Assembly (NCBI GenBank): GCA_045638125.1
Contig: JAZUAS010000094.1
Span: 1 to 39,965 of the forward strand
Reading direction: 5' to 3'
Origin: Eubacteriales bacterium
GTDB taxonomy: Bacteria; Bacillota; Clostridia; Oscillospirales; CAG-272
DNA: 39,965 nt
Shown: piece after piece, positions 19,780 through 28,950 of the stretch
How positions within the stretch are numbered: the stretch's first letter is position 1
Layout of the letters: each line of letters begins with the position of its first letter
The notes under the pieces: model-generated
Told to the model about the DNA's origin: nothing
The model's database searches: none
What the model saw: only the letters and a program-made list of their open reading frames with translations
Program-made: the position numbers and the translations under genes

Positions 19780-20487
19780 TTATTTACCAAGATATTCTTC
19801 AAGAGTAATTCCCTTTTCGTGCATTTCAGTAGCGGCGGCAATACCAACGTAGCGGTAATGCCAGGATTCGTAGGAATAACCTGTAACGTCAGTCTTATTC
19901 TCGGGGAAACGGAGAATAAATCCGTATTTGTGGGCGTTTTGGCAGAGCCAAGTATAAGCCTTTGTCTCCGCAAAGCCCTTGTCGTAGGGGTTGTTCGGAG
20001 TTTCGCTGCCATAGTTCCAAAGGCCTTCCATTTCAGTGGTTATAAGGTCGAGGCAAAGTCCCGTCTGATGCTCGCTTGTTCCGGGGTATGCGGAGTAGGT
20101 GAGAACGTACTCCTTTACCTCGGCATCACTCCAAGCAGGGTGAGCCGCGCTTTCTGCGGAGCAGTAACGGTCAAACAAGGTTTTCTGATAATCGTAGGTT
20201 CTGTATCCGCTTGTGATAGTTACACCGTGGATTCCTTCCGCCGCCATAGCGTCCAGCATATCGATTGCCGCCTCTGTCGTGGTTTTGTTAAGCTCTATAT
20301 TCTTGCCTCCGGTGGTGTAGCTTTTGTCAACGACCACAAGGTCTTCGGGGACGTAGCTCTTATCGACCGTATTCTTTTTATTAACTAAAATCAAATACAT
20401 ACTTTCGCTCTCGTTACAAGATACCAGCGAAAACGCAGAGAGCATTATCACCGCCATCAACAATATACTTATATACTTAAACTTCAT
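19780..20487 (-). CDS. VanY/M15B-family D-Ala-D-Ala carboxypeptidase lipoprotein
   Basis: Has a lipoprotein signal ending in LVSC. Motifs are SGYRTYDYQ, SEHQTGLCLD and ESWHYRYVG. Confidence 0.85.
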   Translation of the reverse strand: MKFKYISILLMAVIMLSAFSLVSCNESESMYLILVNKKNTVDKSYVPEDLVVVDKSYTTGGKNIELNKTTTEAAIDMLDAMAAEGIHGVTITSGYRTYDYQKTLFDRYCSAESAAHPAWSDAEVKEYVLTYSAYPGTSEHQTGLCLDLITTEMEGLWNYGSETPNNPYDKGFAETKAYTWLCQNAHKYGFILRFPENKTDVTGYSYESWHYRYVGIAAATEMHEKGITLEEYLGK

Positions 20488-20495
20488 TTTCTCTC

Positions 20496-21056
20496 CTATA
20501 TCCTCGCTTTAGTCTCTATCATAAAGAAGTACGGCGAGGTGGCACTGTTGATTATTTTTACTTTTGTTACGCAGACCTTAAAGCGGCTGAGTCCTTCAAA
20601 ATATTCTTCAAGCATCTTGCCCTCAAGGTCGCCCTCTGGGTGTCCGGGATAAACGGCGATATTCAAGATCGCATCCTTGTCAAGAAGCTCGATAGCCGCC
20701 TCAACGGCAGGCATAGTGGTTTCTCTCATGGTGGTTATGGTCTTATCTCCACCGGGGAGCCAACCTAGATTGAACATTCCCGCCTTGATAGGCTCTTTGA
20801 CGTAGTTTTTTACGTTGTGATGCGAGTCGCAGATAAGGGTATAGTTGTCGGGGCATCCTGCCGCCTTGAGATTCTTGGCAGTGGAGTCAACCGCAGATTG
20901 CTGAATATCAAAGGCGTAAACGTGACCGCTCTCGCCAACGGTCTTGGACAAAAACTCGGTATCGTGTCCGTTGCCCATGGTAAAATCCACGCACACGTCT
21001 CCCTCTTTTAGGTGGGTCAAAATAAACTGCTTATGCAGGTCAAGTAGATCTATCAT
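20496..21056 (-). CDS. mnmM: YtqB/MnmM-family SAM-dependent tRNA methyltransferase
   Basis: 186 aa. Motifs DFTMGNGHDTEFL, VYAFDIQ, FNLGWLPGGDK and VYPGHPEG match the YtqB family by recollection. Confidence 0.7.
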   Translation of the reverse strand: MIDLLDLHKQFILTHLKEGDVCVDFTMGNGHDTEFLSKTVGESGHVYAFDIQQSAVDSTAKNLKAAGCPDNYTLICDSHHNVKNYVKEPIKAGMFNLGWLPGGDKTITTMRETTMPAVEAAIELLDKDAILNIAVYPGHPEGDLEGKMLEEYFEGLSRFKVCVTKVKIINSATSPYFFMIETKARI

Positions 21057-21088
21057 TACGATTATATGCCAAAATGCGGCATCCTTTC

Positions 21089-21796
21089 TTATTTTCCGTT
21101 CTTATGTATATCCGAGCGCAAGAATTTTATAGAACGCTCTACCGAATCCTTGGAGTTGTACCAAGGCTCCTCGTCATATCTGTAATCGAATTTTTTGCAG
21201 AACCAGCTAACGTCGTCCTTCAGCTCCTCAAGGTATCTCTCCTCAATAGCCTCTACCTGCTTTGCAAACTCCTGAACCTTCTTTTTGGGAAGCTTGCTCT
21301 GACCGTACTGCAAGAACTTCTTGTAGTGAGGTAGGCAGAAATAGGGTTGTGCATCAAGCTTCCCCGAAAATTCGGGATCGGTATTCCAAAGAAGAACTGC
21401 GGTCTCCACCATGTGTTCGAAATTAAAGGATATACGGTCACAAACGTAACAGGACCCCTCAAGCTCTCCAATGCGCTTAATAGGTTTCGATCCCGTACCG
21501 CCGCCAAATCCGCCGTCACGAAGTTCCTTTTTAAGCTGATCAAGGTGGCTTTCAAGAGTCAATGCCATACCAAGACGGTTCTTTCGAACAAACATCATAT
21601 CGTAGTGAGTACGGCAAAATCCCGTCTTATTTGTCTTTATGCGGACGTCGGGCTCCATCATAGACGCGCCGAGGATAAGCTCCAGCTCGTCGTTTTCAAG
21701 CTTATTATAAAGGGCGCAGAAGGGGCAACCGCAGCTTTTGTCTGCCGCGGAGGCTTCAAACGCCTCGTTGACGGGTATGGTATATATCTGTTCCAT
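21089..21796 (-). CDS. Conserved Cys-rich hypothetical protein (two CxxC...FCxxHY modules; possibly DUF6062-like)
   Basis: 235 aa. It carries CGCPFC...FCRTHY and CYVC...FCLPHY. It is co-oriented with mnmM, 32 nt upstream of it. Confidence 0.55.
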   Translation of the reverse strand: MEQIYTIPVNEAFEASAADKSCGCPFCALYNKLENDELELILGASMMEPDVRIKTNKTGFCRTHYDMMFVRKNRLGMALTLESHLDQLKKELRDGGFGGGTGSKPIKRIGELEGSCYVCDRISFNFEHMVETAVLLWNTDPEFSGKLDAQPYFCLPHYKKFLQYGQSKLPKKKVQEFAKQVEAIEERYLEELKDDVSWFCKKFDYRYDEEPWYNSKDSVERSIKFLRSDIHKNGK

Positions 21797-21837
21797 AATT
21801 TATCCTTTCACTTCGCAGAATTTATTACAAAATCCTA

Positions 21838-21866
21838 TTGAAATCGAGCAATTTTACTGTTATAAT
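21838..21866 (+). promoter_or_regulatory. Sigma-A-type promoter of ogg
   Basis: TTGAAA, 17-nt spacer, TGt-TATAAT. Confidence 0.5.
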
Positions 21867-21877
21867 TATAATATATT

Positions 21878-21906
21878 ATTTTATCATAAATTCAGCATTT
21901 TTTCAA
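21878..21906 (-). promoter_or_regulatory. Sigma-A-type promoter of the Cys-rich/mnmM/vanY-like operon
   Basis: Minus strand: TTGAAA, 17-nt spacer, TGa-TAAAAT. Confidence 0.5.
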
Positions 21907-21935
21907 GTGCAAATTTACAAATACGGAGATTTTTT

Positions 21936-22868
21936 ATGATACTTCTGGAAAACGTTACAGAATTTAATATCGGGGCGCTTTCCTGTGTAAAAATAGAGGG
22001 GGCTTCGCTCTTTGACGTAGGCAAAACCTTTGACTGCGGGCAAAGCTTTCGGTTTGATCCCGTTACCGACTCGTCTCACGAGCTTGAGTTTGCAGGCTGC
22101 GCCTATGGCAAATATATATCGGTGGCACAGGACGGAAGCACTCTCTACATATACAACGCAACCGCAAAAGAATATGAGAACGTGTGGAGAGCCTATCTCG
22201 GTCTTGACCGCAATTACGGTGAGATAAACAGAGACATTTTAGCGCTCTCGGATAATCCCGCCCTTATGAGCGCGGTCGAAAACGCCTCGGGCATAAGAAT
22301 TCTTCGCCAAGACCCTTGGGAGGCTATCTGCTCATTTATAATCTCCCAAAATAACAACATTCCGCGAATCAAAAAGCTTGTAGCCGCACTTTGTCGCGCC
22401 GCAGGAGATAAGATCGACGTATCCGACCTGTGCGGACATATTGCAGATGCTCACAAAACCGCCGAGGGACATTTTTACAGCTTCCCCTCCCCCGAAAGAG
22501 TGCTTTCTCTCGGAATTTCGGGACTTGCAGACTTAAAAACGGGTTTTCGGGCAAAATACATCTTTGACGCGGCGGAGAAAATGGTCGGAGGCAAGACCGA
22601 CCTCGAATTTTTGGCAAATTCCGACACCGAGGAGTCCATAAAGCACCTTTGCGAGGTCAAAGGTATCGGTCCCAAGGTAGCGAGCTGTGCTCTGCTCTTT
22701 GGCTTTGCCAAGCTTGATGCCTTCCCCATAGACGTTTGGATAAAAAAGGTCATGGCAAAATATTTTGACAAGGATTTTGACCCCGCAAGTCTTGGCGAGT
22801 ACGCCGGTATCGCCCAGCAGTATCTTTTCTATTACGAAAGATACCTTCAGAGTGAAAATGGAGACTGA
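21936..22868 (+). CDS. ogg: 8-oxoguanine DNA glycosylase/AP lyase (OGG1 type)
   Basis: Has the FDCGQSFRF N-terminal domain. The HhH-GPD region carries GIGPKVASC (catalytic Lys) and PIDVWIKK (Asp). An ACGGAG RBS precedes ATG 21936. The ORF-track start at 21738 crosses the divergent promoter region. Confidence 0.85.
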   Translation: MILLENVTEFNIGALSCVKIEGASLFDVGKTFDCGQSFRFDPVTDSSHELEFAGCAYGKYISVAQDGSTLYIYNATAKEYENVWRAYLGLDRNYGEINRDILALSDNPALMSAVENASGIRILRQDPWEAICSFIISQNNNIPRIKKLVAALCRAAGDKIDVSDLCGHIADAHKTAEGHFYSFPSPERVLSLGISGLADLKTGFRAKYIFDAAEKMVGGKTDLEFLANSDTEESIKHLCEVKGIGPKVASCALLFGFAKLDAFPIDVWIKKVMAKYFDKDFDPASLGEYAGIAQQYLFYYERYLQSENGD

Positions 22869-22870
22869 TT

Positions 22871-23368
22871 ATGAATATAGATGAAAAGATTGAATTTTTG
22901 CGCCGTCGCCATCCCGCGTTCGGTCGCAAGGTGATGCACGATGTAGATGCCAAGGGCAACGAATTTTGTGAGATCATCTATCCCAACGAAAACAATCCCA
23001 CAATGCCCATAGCGGTAAGCGTCAGCGACAAGGGTTGTCTCATTTCGGTGGGACAGATAAGCCACGTCACGGGGGAACAGCCAATCTCTCCCGAGCAAGC
23101 GGCATCAGCTATCGATGATATTATTTTGGACAGAATAGTTTTCGTCCTCGGTTATGCGGATAACGACGACATTGGCTCGGGCTCACCATTTATGACCGAC
23201 CTATACGCCATCACGGGCGGAGAGGACGATATGAGCGACCTGCTTGAAAAGTTCATTGCAAAGATCAGCACACCCGTCAAGGGAATCAGACGCAAGCTGA
23301 CCTATTTGAAGGGCAGATTCATCATCACAAATTTTTCAGGAAGTGAAAACAGAACTATTGTAAGATAG
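22871..23368 (+). CDS. Hypothetical protein (165 aa)
   Basis: Its ATG lies 2 nt after the ogg stop and is preceded by GGAGA. I recognise no motifs. Confidence 0.5.
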   Translation: MNIDEKIEFLRRRHPAFGRKVMHDVDAKGNEFCEIIYPNENNPTMPIAVSVSDKGCLISVGQISHVTGEQPISPEQAASAIDDIILDRIVFVLGYADNDDIGSGSPFMTDLYAITGGEDDMSDLLEKFIAKISTPVKGIRRKLTYLKGRFIITNFSGSENRTIVR

Positions 23369-23402
23369 TCCTCGCTACAACACAGATTTGAAAGGCAAAA
23401 AC

Positions 23403-24797
23403 ATGGAAGGCAAAAACTTGGCAACTTCTAGAAATCTTGGTGCAAAAGGCACCAAGGATATGACACAGGGCGGCATATATTCGCAAATCATCTACTTTGC
23501 CCTCCCCATTATGCTCAGCCAGGTGTTTCAACAGCTCTACAACACTGCTGACTCACTTATAGTCGGGCATTATCTCGGCACTGATGCTCTGGCGGCGGTC
23601 AGCTCATCGGGAACACTGATATTTTTACTTATCAGCTTTTTCAACGGCACCGCTATGGGTGCAGGAGTGGTAATATCAAGATACTTTGGCGCAGGAAATC
23701 GCGAAAACGTTTCAACGGCAATACATACTAACATCGCTTTCGGTCTTGTCAGCGGAGTCTTCCTCACCGTCGTTGGCGTCGCCTTAACCCCCACGTTTCT
23801 CGTGTGGATGCAGACCGACCCCGACGTGCTGCCCGAGGCTATCGAATATTTCAGATATTATTTTCTCGGCTCGATAGGACTCGTAATGTATAATATCTGC
23901 CGCGGTATTATGAACGCGGTAGGAGATAGCAAGCGTCCTCTTTACTATCTGATCTTCTCGTCGGTGCTTAATATCGTGCTTGACTGGCTTTTCGTAGGCG
24001 TGTTCGGGTGGCAGGTATGGTCTGCGGCGGTTGCAACGGTAATATCGCAAATGGCAAGCGTGGTTCTTTGCATGATATATCTCTGCAAAAAGGGGAACGT
24101 CTTTTCAGTTGAGATCAAAAAACTCCGTTTTCACGGAGATATGCTCCGCGAGATCATAAGATACGGTCTGCCATCGGGCGTTCAAAATTCGGTTATAGCA
24201 TTTGCTAACGTTATCGTGCAGACACAGATAAACGGCTTCGGCAAATTCGCTACTGCGGCTTACGGTACACACGCCAAAATAGAGGGATTTGCATTTCTGC
24301 CAATGATGAGCTTCAACATGGCGACCACCACCTTCATCAGCCAGAATCTGGGCGCAAAGCAATACGACCGAGCAAGAAAGGGTGCAAGATTCGGAATACT
24401 CTCCGCCGTTATATTGGCAGAGCTTATCGGAGTCATAATATACTTCACAGCACCCCATCTCGTCGGAATGTTTGACGACAATGCCGAGGTCATAGCCTTA
24501 GGTGTTAGGCAGGCTCGCACCGCATCACTGTTCTACTGCCTTTTGGCGTTTTCACACGCCGTAGCCGCAGTATGCCGAGGTGCAGGTAAAGCCTTTGTGC
24601 CGATGTTCGTAATGCTCTCGATCTGGTGCGCGGTCCGTATTGTATATATCGCACTGGTGACCTACTTCTTCCATGACATAGGCCTGATCTACTGGGCATA
24701 TCCCATCACTTGGGGCATAAGCTCTATAATATATCTGATCTACTATAACTGTTCAGACTGGATCCACGGGTTTGACAAGGAGAAAAACAAAGCATAA
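23403..24797 (+). CDS. MATE-family efflux transporter
   Basis: About 12 TM segments. It has a MATE-like N-terminal segment, PIMLSQVFQQLYNTADSLIVGHYLG. ATG 23403 is preceded by GAAAGG, with TTG 23388 as an alternative start. Confidence 0.85.
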   Translation: MEGKNLATSRNLGAKGTKDMTQGGIYSQIIYFALPIMLSQVFQQLYNTADSLIVGHYLGTDALAAVSSSGTLIFLLISFFNGTAMGAGVVISRYFGAGNRENVSTAIHTNIAFGLVSGVFLTVVGVALTPTFLVWMQTDPDVLPEAIEYFRYYFLGSIGLVMYNICRGIMNAVGDSKRPLYYLIFSSVLNIVLDWLFVGVFGWQVWSAAVATVISQMASVVLCMIYLCKKGNVFSVEIKKLRFHGDMLREIIRYGLPSGVQNSVIAFANVIVQTQINGFGKFATAAYGTHAKIEGFAFLPMMSFNMATTTFISQNLGAKQYDRARKGARFGILSAVILAELIGVIIYFTAPHLVGMFDDNAEVIALGVRQARTASLFYCLLAFSHAVAAVCRGAGKAFVPMFVMLSIWCAVRIVYIALVTYFFHDIGLIYWAYPITWGISSIIYLIYYNCSDWIHGFDKEKNKA

Positions 24798-24803
24798 ACA
24801 AAA

Positions 24804-24842
24804 AGCGATCGGCGTCAAAGGCTTGACACTGATCGCTTTTAT
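24804..24842. terminator. Bidirectional terminator
   Basis: AGCGATC - loop - GATCGCT followed by TTTTATT, with an A-tract upstream. It lies between convergent genes. Confidence 0.65.
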
Positions 24843-24859
24843 TATACATTAGTGATCAA

Positions 24860-25498
24860 TTATACGTTTCGAGGCAGTTTGGTCGTCAAATCTCCAAGAT
24901 GATCGACACGACTTGTATAAACCGCGCTAAAAATGCCGTTTTCATACTCAAAGAGGCTGATCGACGCATTAGCAGTCCACGGGATCTTTGACATATCGCA
25001 AACGTCAAGTCCTGCCGCCGCGGTGCAGACTGCGCGTATGGGAGTGGCGTGTGTGGCTATACAAACGGTTTTGCCCTCATTCTCTGCTGCTATCGCACCA
25101 AGCGTTGCTAAAATGCGAGACGAAAGCTCGGCAGGGCTTTCTCCGCCCGTGCATCTGGCATGTCCGATGTCGCTTTTCCAGACAGAAAAAGCCGTGGAGT
25201 ATTCCGAGTCAAGCTCATCAAAGGTCTTGCCCTCCCACTCGCCGGCAAATATCTCGCGCAGTCTCTCGGTAGGTATTACGTCAAGACCGCGAGTCTTTGC
25301 CACTGGAATAGCGGTCTCAAACGCTCTTTTGAGGTCGCTGGCATAGATCGCATCAATATGCTCATGCTTCAAAGCCTCGGCACACCTTTCTGCTTGACGC
25401 TTGCCAAGCTCGGTCAATGGAAAATCCGAGTGACCCGCAAATCTCTTTTCGTTGTTTGCCACGCTAAAACCATGGCGGATCATTATAAATCTTGTCAT
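24860..25498 (-). CDS. Histidine phosphatase (phosphoglycerate-mutase-like) family protein
   Basis: Has the RHG motif (IMIRHGFS) and a distal His (IATHATPIR). ATG 25498 lies 4 nt after the upstream stop. Confidence 0.8.
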   Translation of the reverse strand: MTRFIMIRHGFSVANNEKRFAGHSDFPLTELGKRQAERCAEALKHEHIDAIYASDLKRAFETAIPVAKTRGLDVIPTERLREIFAGEWEGKTFDELDSEYSTAFSVWKSDIGHARCTGGESPAELSSRILATLGAIAAENEGKTVCIATHATPIRAVCTAAAGLDVCDMSKIPWTANASISLFEYENGIFSAVYTSRVDHLGDLTTKLPRNV

Positions 25499-25502
25499 TA
25501 TT

Positions 25503-26561
25503 TTAGATAAAGGGTCTTCTGTCCAGCACAAGCTTTAAGGGTTTGTCGGATTTCAACTTACCGGGGAAGGTCTGCTGAAGCTCGGCAAGACAGCAAGCCA
25601 TACCGAAAAGGCAGTGAAGATCCTGGAAGCCGTCATTGAAGCCATTATACTCAAAGTAATCGTCCTTTGTCATATTGGCAACGTACTTGACCGCAAAATC
25701 CTCAAGGCACTCGATAGCCTCGTCGTGGCGATATGTGGTCTGGCGCATGGCGCGTGTCATGCAATATACCCAGTCGATCTCGATAAATCCGGCAGACTTA
25801 CCGAAATTGGGGGGCAGAATCTTATCCTTATAAAGCTTAATGCAGCTGTCGATTACCTTTTCGGGGTAAGGCAGGGGCTGCTTTGCGTATTCGTGGTTGA
25901 ATAGATAATGGAAGCCTGCCGCCATGTACTGGAAGAATACCGCCTTTCCGTCTACCTGCATTACGTTTCCGTTCATGGGCGCCTCAGATGGTATTCCCGT
26001 CTTCCAAAATCCGGTCTCGGGATCACAATTTTCTCTGAACCACTCAAAATAGTTCTCGGAAAATTCGGGAGTGATCTCGTCGGAGTTTACAAGAGCGGCG
26101 TATACGCCTGCTCCAAGGTGCGAGTCTCGCCAAGGATTAGTCACCCAGCGAGTGTCCTCTTCAAGGAAACGGAAAAGCTCCTCGCGGTCGAGATATTTAT
26201 GAAATTCCTTTATGGAATAAAGCGGCTTCGCATCAAAAAGCTGGAGCGCCGCAGTACAATGAGCAACGGTATGGTAGGGGTGATGGGTCTTTTCATGGAA
26301 AAGTCCTGTCTCGGGATCCTGCATTGATTGAATTGCCTCAATGCGAGCCTTTCTCGTCGCGTCATCGCAGTAAAAGTCGTTGATCGTGTAAAGCAGATTC
26401 ATAGCGTCGGCACAACCGTATTCGTTCTTGCCCATTCCACGGTCGCCCTTTTCGTCCCTAAAAAACCAACGGCGGTATTCGCCGGGTCTTCCCTCGATCT
26501 CATGTGCTTTAACTGCCGCCTTTATGCCGTCAATAATTGGCTGTATGTTTAATTCCTGCAT
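25503..26561 (-). CDS. Hypothetical protein with repeated DPETG(L/F)(F/W) motifs (possibly an alpha/alpha-toroid fold)
   Basis: The ORF is long with good coding character. The start is ATG 26561 or 26573, and the promoter at 26613-26641 rules out the 26636 start. The fold guess rests only on the QDPETGLF and CDPETGFW repeats. Confidence 0.55.
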   Translation of the reverse strand: MQELNIQPIIDGIKAAVKAHEIEGRPGEYRRWFFRDEKGDRGMGKNEYGCADAMNLLYTINDFYCDDATRKARIEAIQSMQDPETGLFHEKTHHPYHTVAHCTAALQLFDAKPLYSIKEFHKYLDREELFRFLEEDTRWVTNPWRDSHLGAGVYAALVNSDEITPEFSENYFEWFRENCDPETGFWKTGIPSEAPMNGNVMQVDGKAVFFQYMAAGFHYLFNHEYAKQPLPYPEKVIDSCIKLYKDKILPPNFGKSAGFIEIDWVYCMTRAMRQTTYRHDEAIECLEDFAVKYVANMTKDDYFEYNGFNDGFQDLHCLFGMACCLAELQQTFPGKLKSDKPLKLVLDRRPFI

Positions 26562-26612
26562 AACAAACACCATCCTTTGTTTTTTTTGCGATACTTCGCC
26601 GATCTTACTTTT

Positions 26613-26641
26613 ATTGTAACAAAACCGCGCCGCCAAGTCAA
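26613..26641 (-). promoter_or_regulatory. Sigma-A-type promoter
   Basis: Minus strand: TTGACT, 17-nt spacer, TGt-TACAAT. Confidence 0.5.
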
Positions 26642-26700
26642 GGGAATATACGAAAAATGTTAAAAAACAATTACAACAACAAGGCTGATTTGCCCTATTG

Positions 26701-26729
26701 TTGACAATCCGTATAATGTATGATATAAT
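26701..26729 (+). promoter_or_regulatory. Consensus sigma-A promoter
   Basis: TTGACA, 17-nt spacer, TGa-TATAAT. Confidence 0.6.
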
Positions 26730-26765
26730 TTCTATTAGAAAGTCTTACATGAAAGGAGGCATACC

Positions 26766-28103
26766 ATGGACAGATTCGACCCCGAGCAGAATCCGAGCAT
26801 AAAATCCGCTCTGCCTTATATCAGAAACGTCTACACCTCGCTTTTTGCGTCCTTGACCGCGCTTGTATACTCTTTGATCCTTTACGACGGCTACACGCGC
26901 ACTTACATAGAATACGAGGTAGACCTGCGCTACCCCGTAAAGGTCATTCTCGTCACGCTTTTGCCCTTGGTCATAGTAGCCGCAGTTGCCATCGTTTACG
27001 ATTATTTTGACAACGTTGACCTTTTCAACAAACGCGACTATTTTGAATCAAAATCAAAAAAGCCCTTGATAGCGCGATATCCATATACGATCGGGTTCGC
27101 CATATCAATGCTTTTTTGCACACTTCTGTTATCAAAAAGCCTTCATTTTGCTCTAACCTTTTATTTTCCAAATCTCAATATCGCAGTAGCGAGATTTTTA
27201 GCGGTAGCGGCTATGGCAACGCTCAGGTTGTTTCAGATATGGTCGCTTCAGGACAAATGGGAGACCGAGATCGAAAACCCACTGTTCGTAGAAAAGGCTT
27301 TGTTCAAGAGAAACCGAGATATGTACGCCTTCAAGCCGCACCAGATAATACTCCAGCCTATCGGATATTTCTTTGCCTTTGGCGCGCTCTGCGTATTCGT
27401 CAGCTACCTCTCTTTCCCGTATCTTATATTTAGCGCAATCATTTCGGGGCTTAACATCATCATATCCCCCGAGTTCTGGTGGATCATATTCAGCATACCG
27501 CTCATTATCGCGGCTGTGATCTACACCGTAAGGTTCTTGCACAATTCGTGGAAAAGAAGAATCCTTCTCAAAAGGCTCGGGCAGATGGAAAGTGAAAGAA
27601 TCGCAACAGTCAAAATAAACGGTGCCAAATATCTCAGTGCAACCTTTACTCATCTTCCGCTTTCGGTGGAGATAACCGATAACGCGGGTGAGGTCTACCA
27701 CTGTCTCGTAGTAACAAACGGTGCGATCAACGCGCCCATCTACTTCAAAACCGACGAATATATGGTAGAGCACGGATTTCATCTTCGCGGTGGCGGACTT
27801 GTGGCAAGAGGCGGTAGCTTTGGACAGATCGTTGACGTAAGCAAAATGGGCGGCAAGGAAAATCCGACCAACTTAATCTTTGGCTTCCGCACCGCTCACA
27901 AGCTGTGCTTTCCCGAGGGTGAAGGCAACAAAGTGGTCATTTTAAACCCCACACCCACAACCGCATTTGCCGTTGATGGGCGCGATTACCGTCCCATCGA
28001 CACCGGCGAGAATATGGGTAATTATACCATTTACACCGCATCGGGGCTTTTCAATCACATTGAGAGGCAGAGCCGCAAGGATAATTACAGATATGATTAT
28101 TAA
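26766..28103 (+). CDS. Hypothetical polytopic membrane protein with a ~170-aa C-terminal soluble domain
   Basis: AAAGGAGG RBS. The N-terminal two-thirds is rich in hydrophobic helices. I recognise no motif. Confidence 0.6.
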   Translation: MDRFDPEQNPSIKSALPYIRNVYTSLFASLTALVYSLILYDGYTRTYIEYEVDLRYPVKVILVTLLPLVIVAAVAIVYDYFDNVDLFNKRDYFESKSKKPLIARYPYTIGFAISMLFCTLLLSKSLHFALTFYFPNLNIAVARFLAVAAMATLRLFQIWSLQDKWETEIENPLFVEKALFKRNRDMYAFKPHQIILQPIGYFFAFGALCVFVSYLSFPYLIFSAIISGLNIIISPEFWWIIFSIPLIIAAVIYTVRFLHNSWKRRILLKRLGQMESERIATVKINGAKYLSATFTHLPLSVEITDNAGEVYHCLVVTNGAINAPIYFKTDEYMVEHGFHLRGGGLVARGGSFGQIVDVSKMGGKENPTNLIFGFRTAHKLCFPEGEGNKVVILNPTPTTAFAVDGRDYRPIDTGENMGNYTIYTASGLFNHIERQSRKDNYRYDY

Positions 28104-28147
28104 TAGTGTTTTCGGACATCCGGTTAACGTGGTTGTCTGACAACATT

Positions 28148-28174
28148 AAAAAGTGGAGAATTTCTCCGCTTTTT
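28148..28174. terminator. Bidirectional terminator
   Basis: AAAAA-GTGGAGAA-tt-TCTCCGC-TTTTT, between convergent genes. Confidence 0.7.
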
Positions 28175-28175
28175 G

Positions 28176-28781
28176 TTATTTCCCTATAAACATCTGCGTC
28201 CAGTATCTTCCGCTTGATGCGTAACCAACACCGATATGAGTAAAGGACGAATTAAGTATGTTGGCTCTGTGTCCCGAGGAGTTCATCCACGCGTTGACCA
28301 CCGCCTGTGGAGTTGCCTGCCCTCTCGCTATGTTTTCTCCCGCGCTTCTGTACGTTATACCAAAGCTCTTCATCATCTGAAATGGGCTTCCGTAGGTGGG
28401 ACTTGTATGTGAGAAATACTTATTATCTCTCATATCCTCGGACTTGATCCGTGCCACTCGACTGAGCTGCCAATCGTACGTCAGCTCCTTCAAGCCGTTC
28501 TCTTTTCTTATCTCGTTGACAAGTCTTACGACCTCTTTCTCAAAATTCAACACCGACGAATCGGTCACGGGTATGTTCAACACCTGACCCGGATAGATCA
28601 GATCGGAATTTTTGATCTGGGGATTTGCACTTTTGATCTCAGCGAGTCCCACCTCGTATCTTACCGCGATCTTCCACATGCTGTCACCCTTGACCACGGT
28701 ATAAGTCTCGGCAGCCGATGCGCCAACGGCAAATGCTACAATCATTATCGCGCATAAAACAAACGCTAACAGTTTTTTCAT
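28176..28781 (-). CDS. Secreted LysM plus CAP/SCP (YkwD-like) domain protein
   Basis: Has a signal peptide. The LysM segment is YTVVKGDSMWKIAVRY...YPGQVLNIP. The CAP-like C-terminus carries GENIA, NSSGHRANILN and FTHIGVG. Confidence 0.85.
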   Translation of the reverse strand: MKKLLAFVLCAIMIVAFAVGASAAETYTVVKGDSMWKIAVRYEVGLAEIKSANPQIKNSDLIYPGQVLNIPVTDSSVLNFEKEVVRLVNEIRKENGLKELTYDWQLSRVARIKSEDMRDNKYFSHTSPTYGSPFQMMKSFGITYRSAGENIARGQATPQAVVNAWMNSSGHRANILNSSFTHIGVGYASSGRYWTQMFIGK

Positions 28782-28950
28782 AGTTTACCTCCTTTTCGCC
28801 GCCCTACGGCGGCGCAAAACATTGATGAAGCTTGCTTTTTGCAAGCTTCGCGCGTGAAAAAGTTAATTACCTGTAAATGGGAAATCACCTTCACGCAAAC
28901 CTCCTTTTATATAAACTGCCGCCATTGATAATTCTATCATTGGCATATTA
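28782..28950 (-). promoter_or_regulatory. ~165-nt structured 5' leader of the LysM-CAP gene
   Basis: There are two perfect hairpins: GAAGCTTGC-aaaaa-GCAAGCTTC, and CGCCGCC-gtag-GGCGGCG abutting the RBS. A 38-codon uORF (28894-28778) has its stop overlapping the main ATG. Confidence 0.35.

Noticed and set aside
21738-21935. N-terminal extension of ogg; similar extensions apply to the track ORFs at 4136, 7448, 9382, 13933, 25531, 26636, 31569, 33053, 38857 and 39598
   Set aside because: The extensions cross promoters or terminators, or overlap upstream genes, and lack an RBS. Internal ATGs with GGAGG-type RBSs fit the homologous N-termini.
28782-28950. ydaO-type c-di-AMP riboswitch upstream of the LysM gene (attractive because gdpP is in the window)
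   Set aside because: I could not find the conserved pseudo-two-fold ydaO core sequences in the leader. Only two simple hairpins are present. It needs cmsearch to exclude formally.
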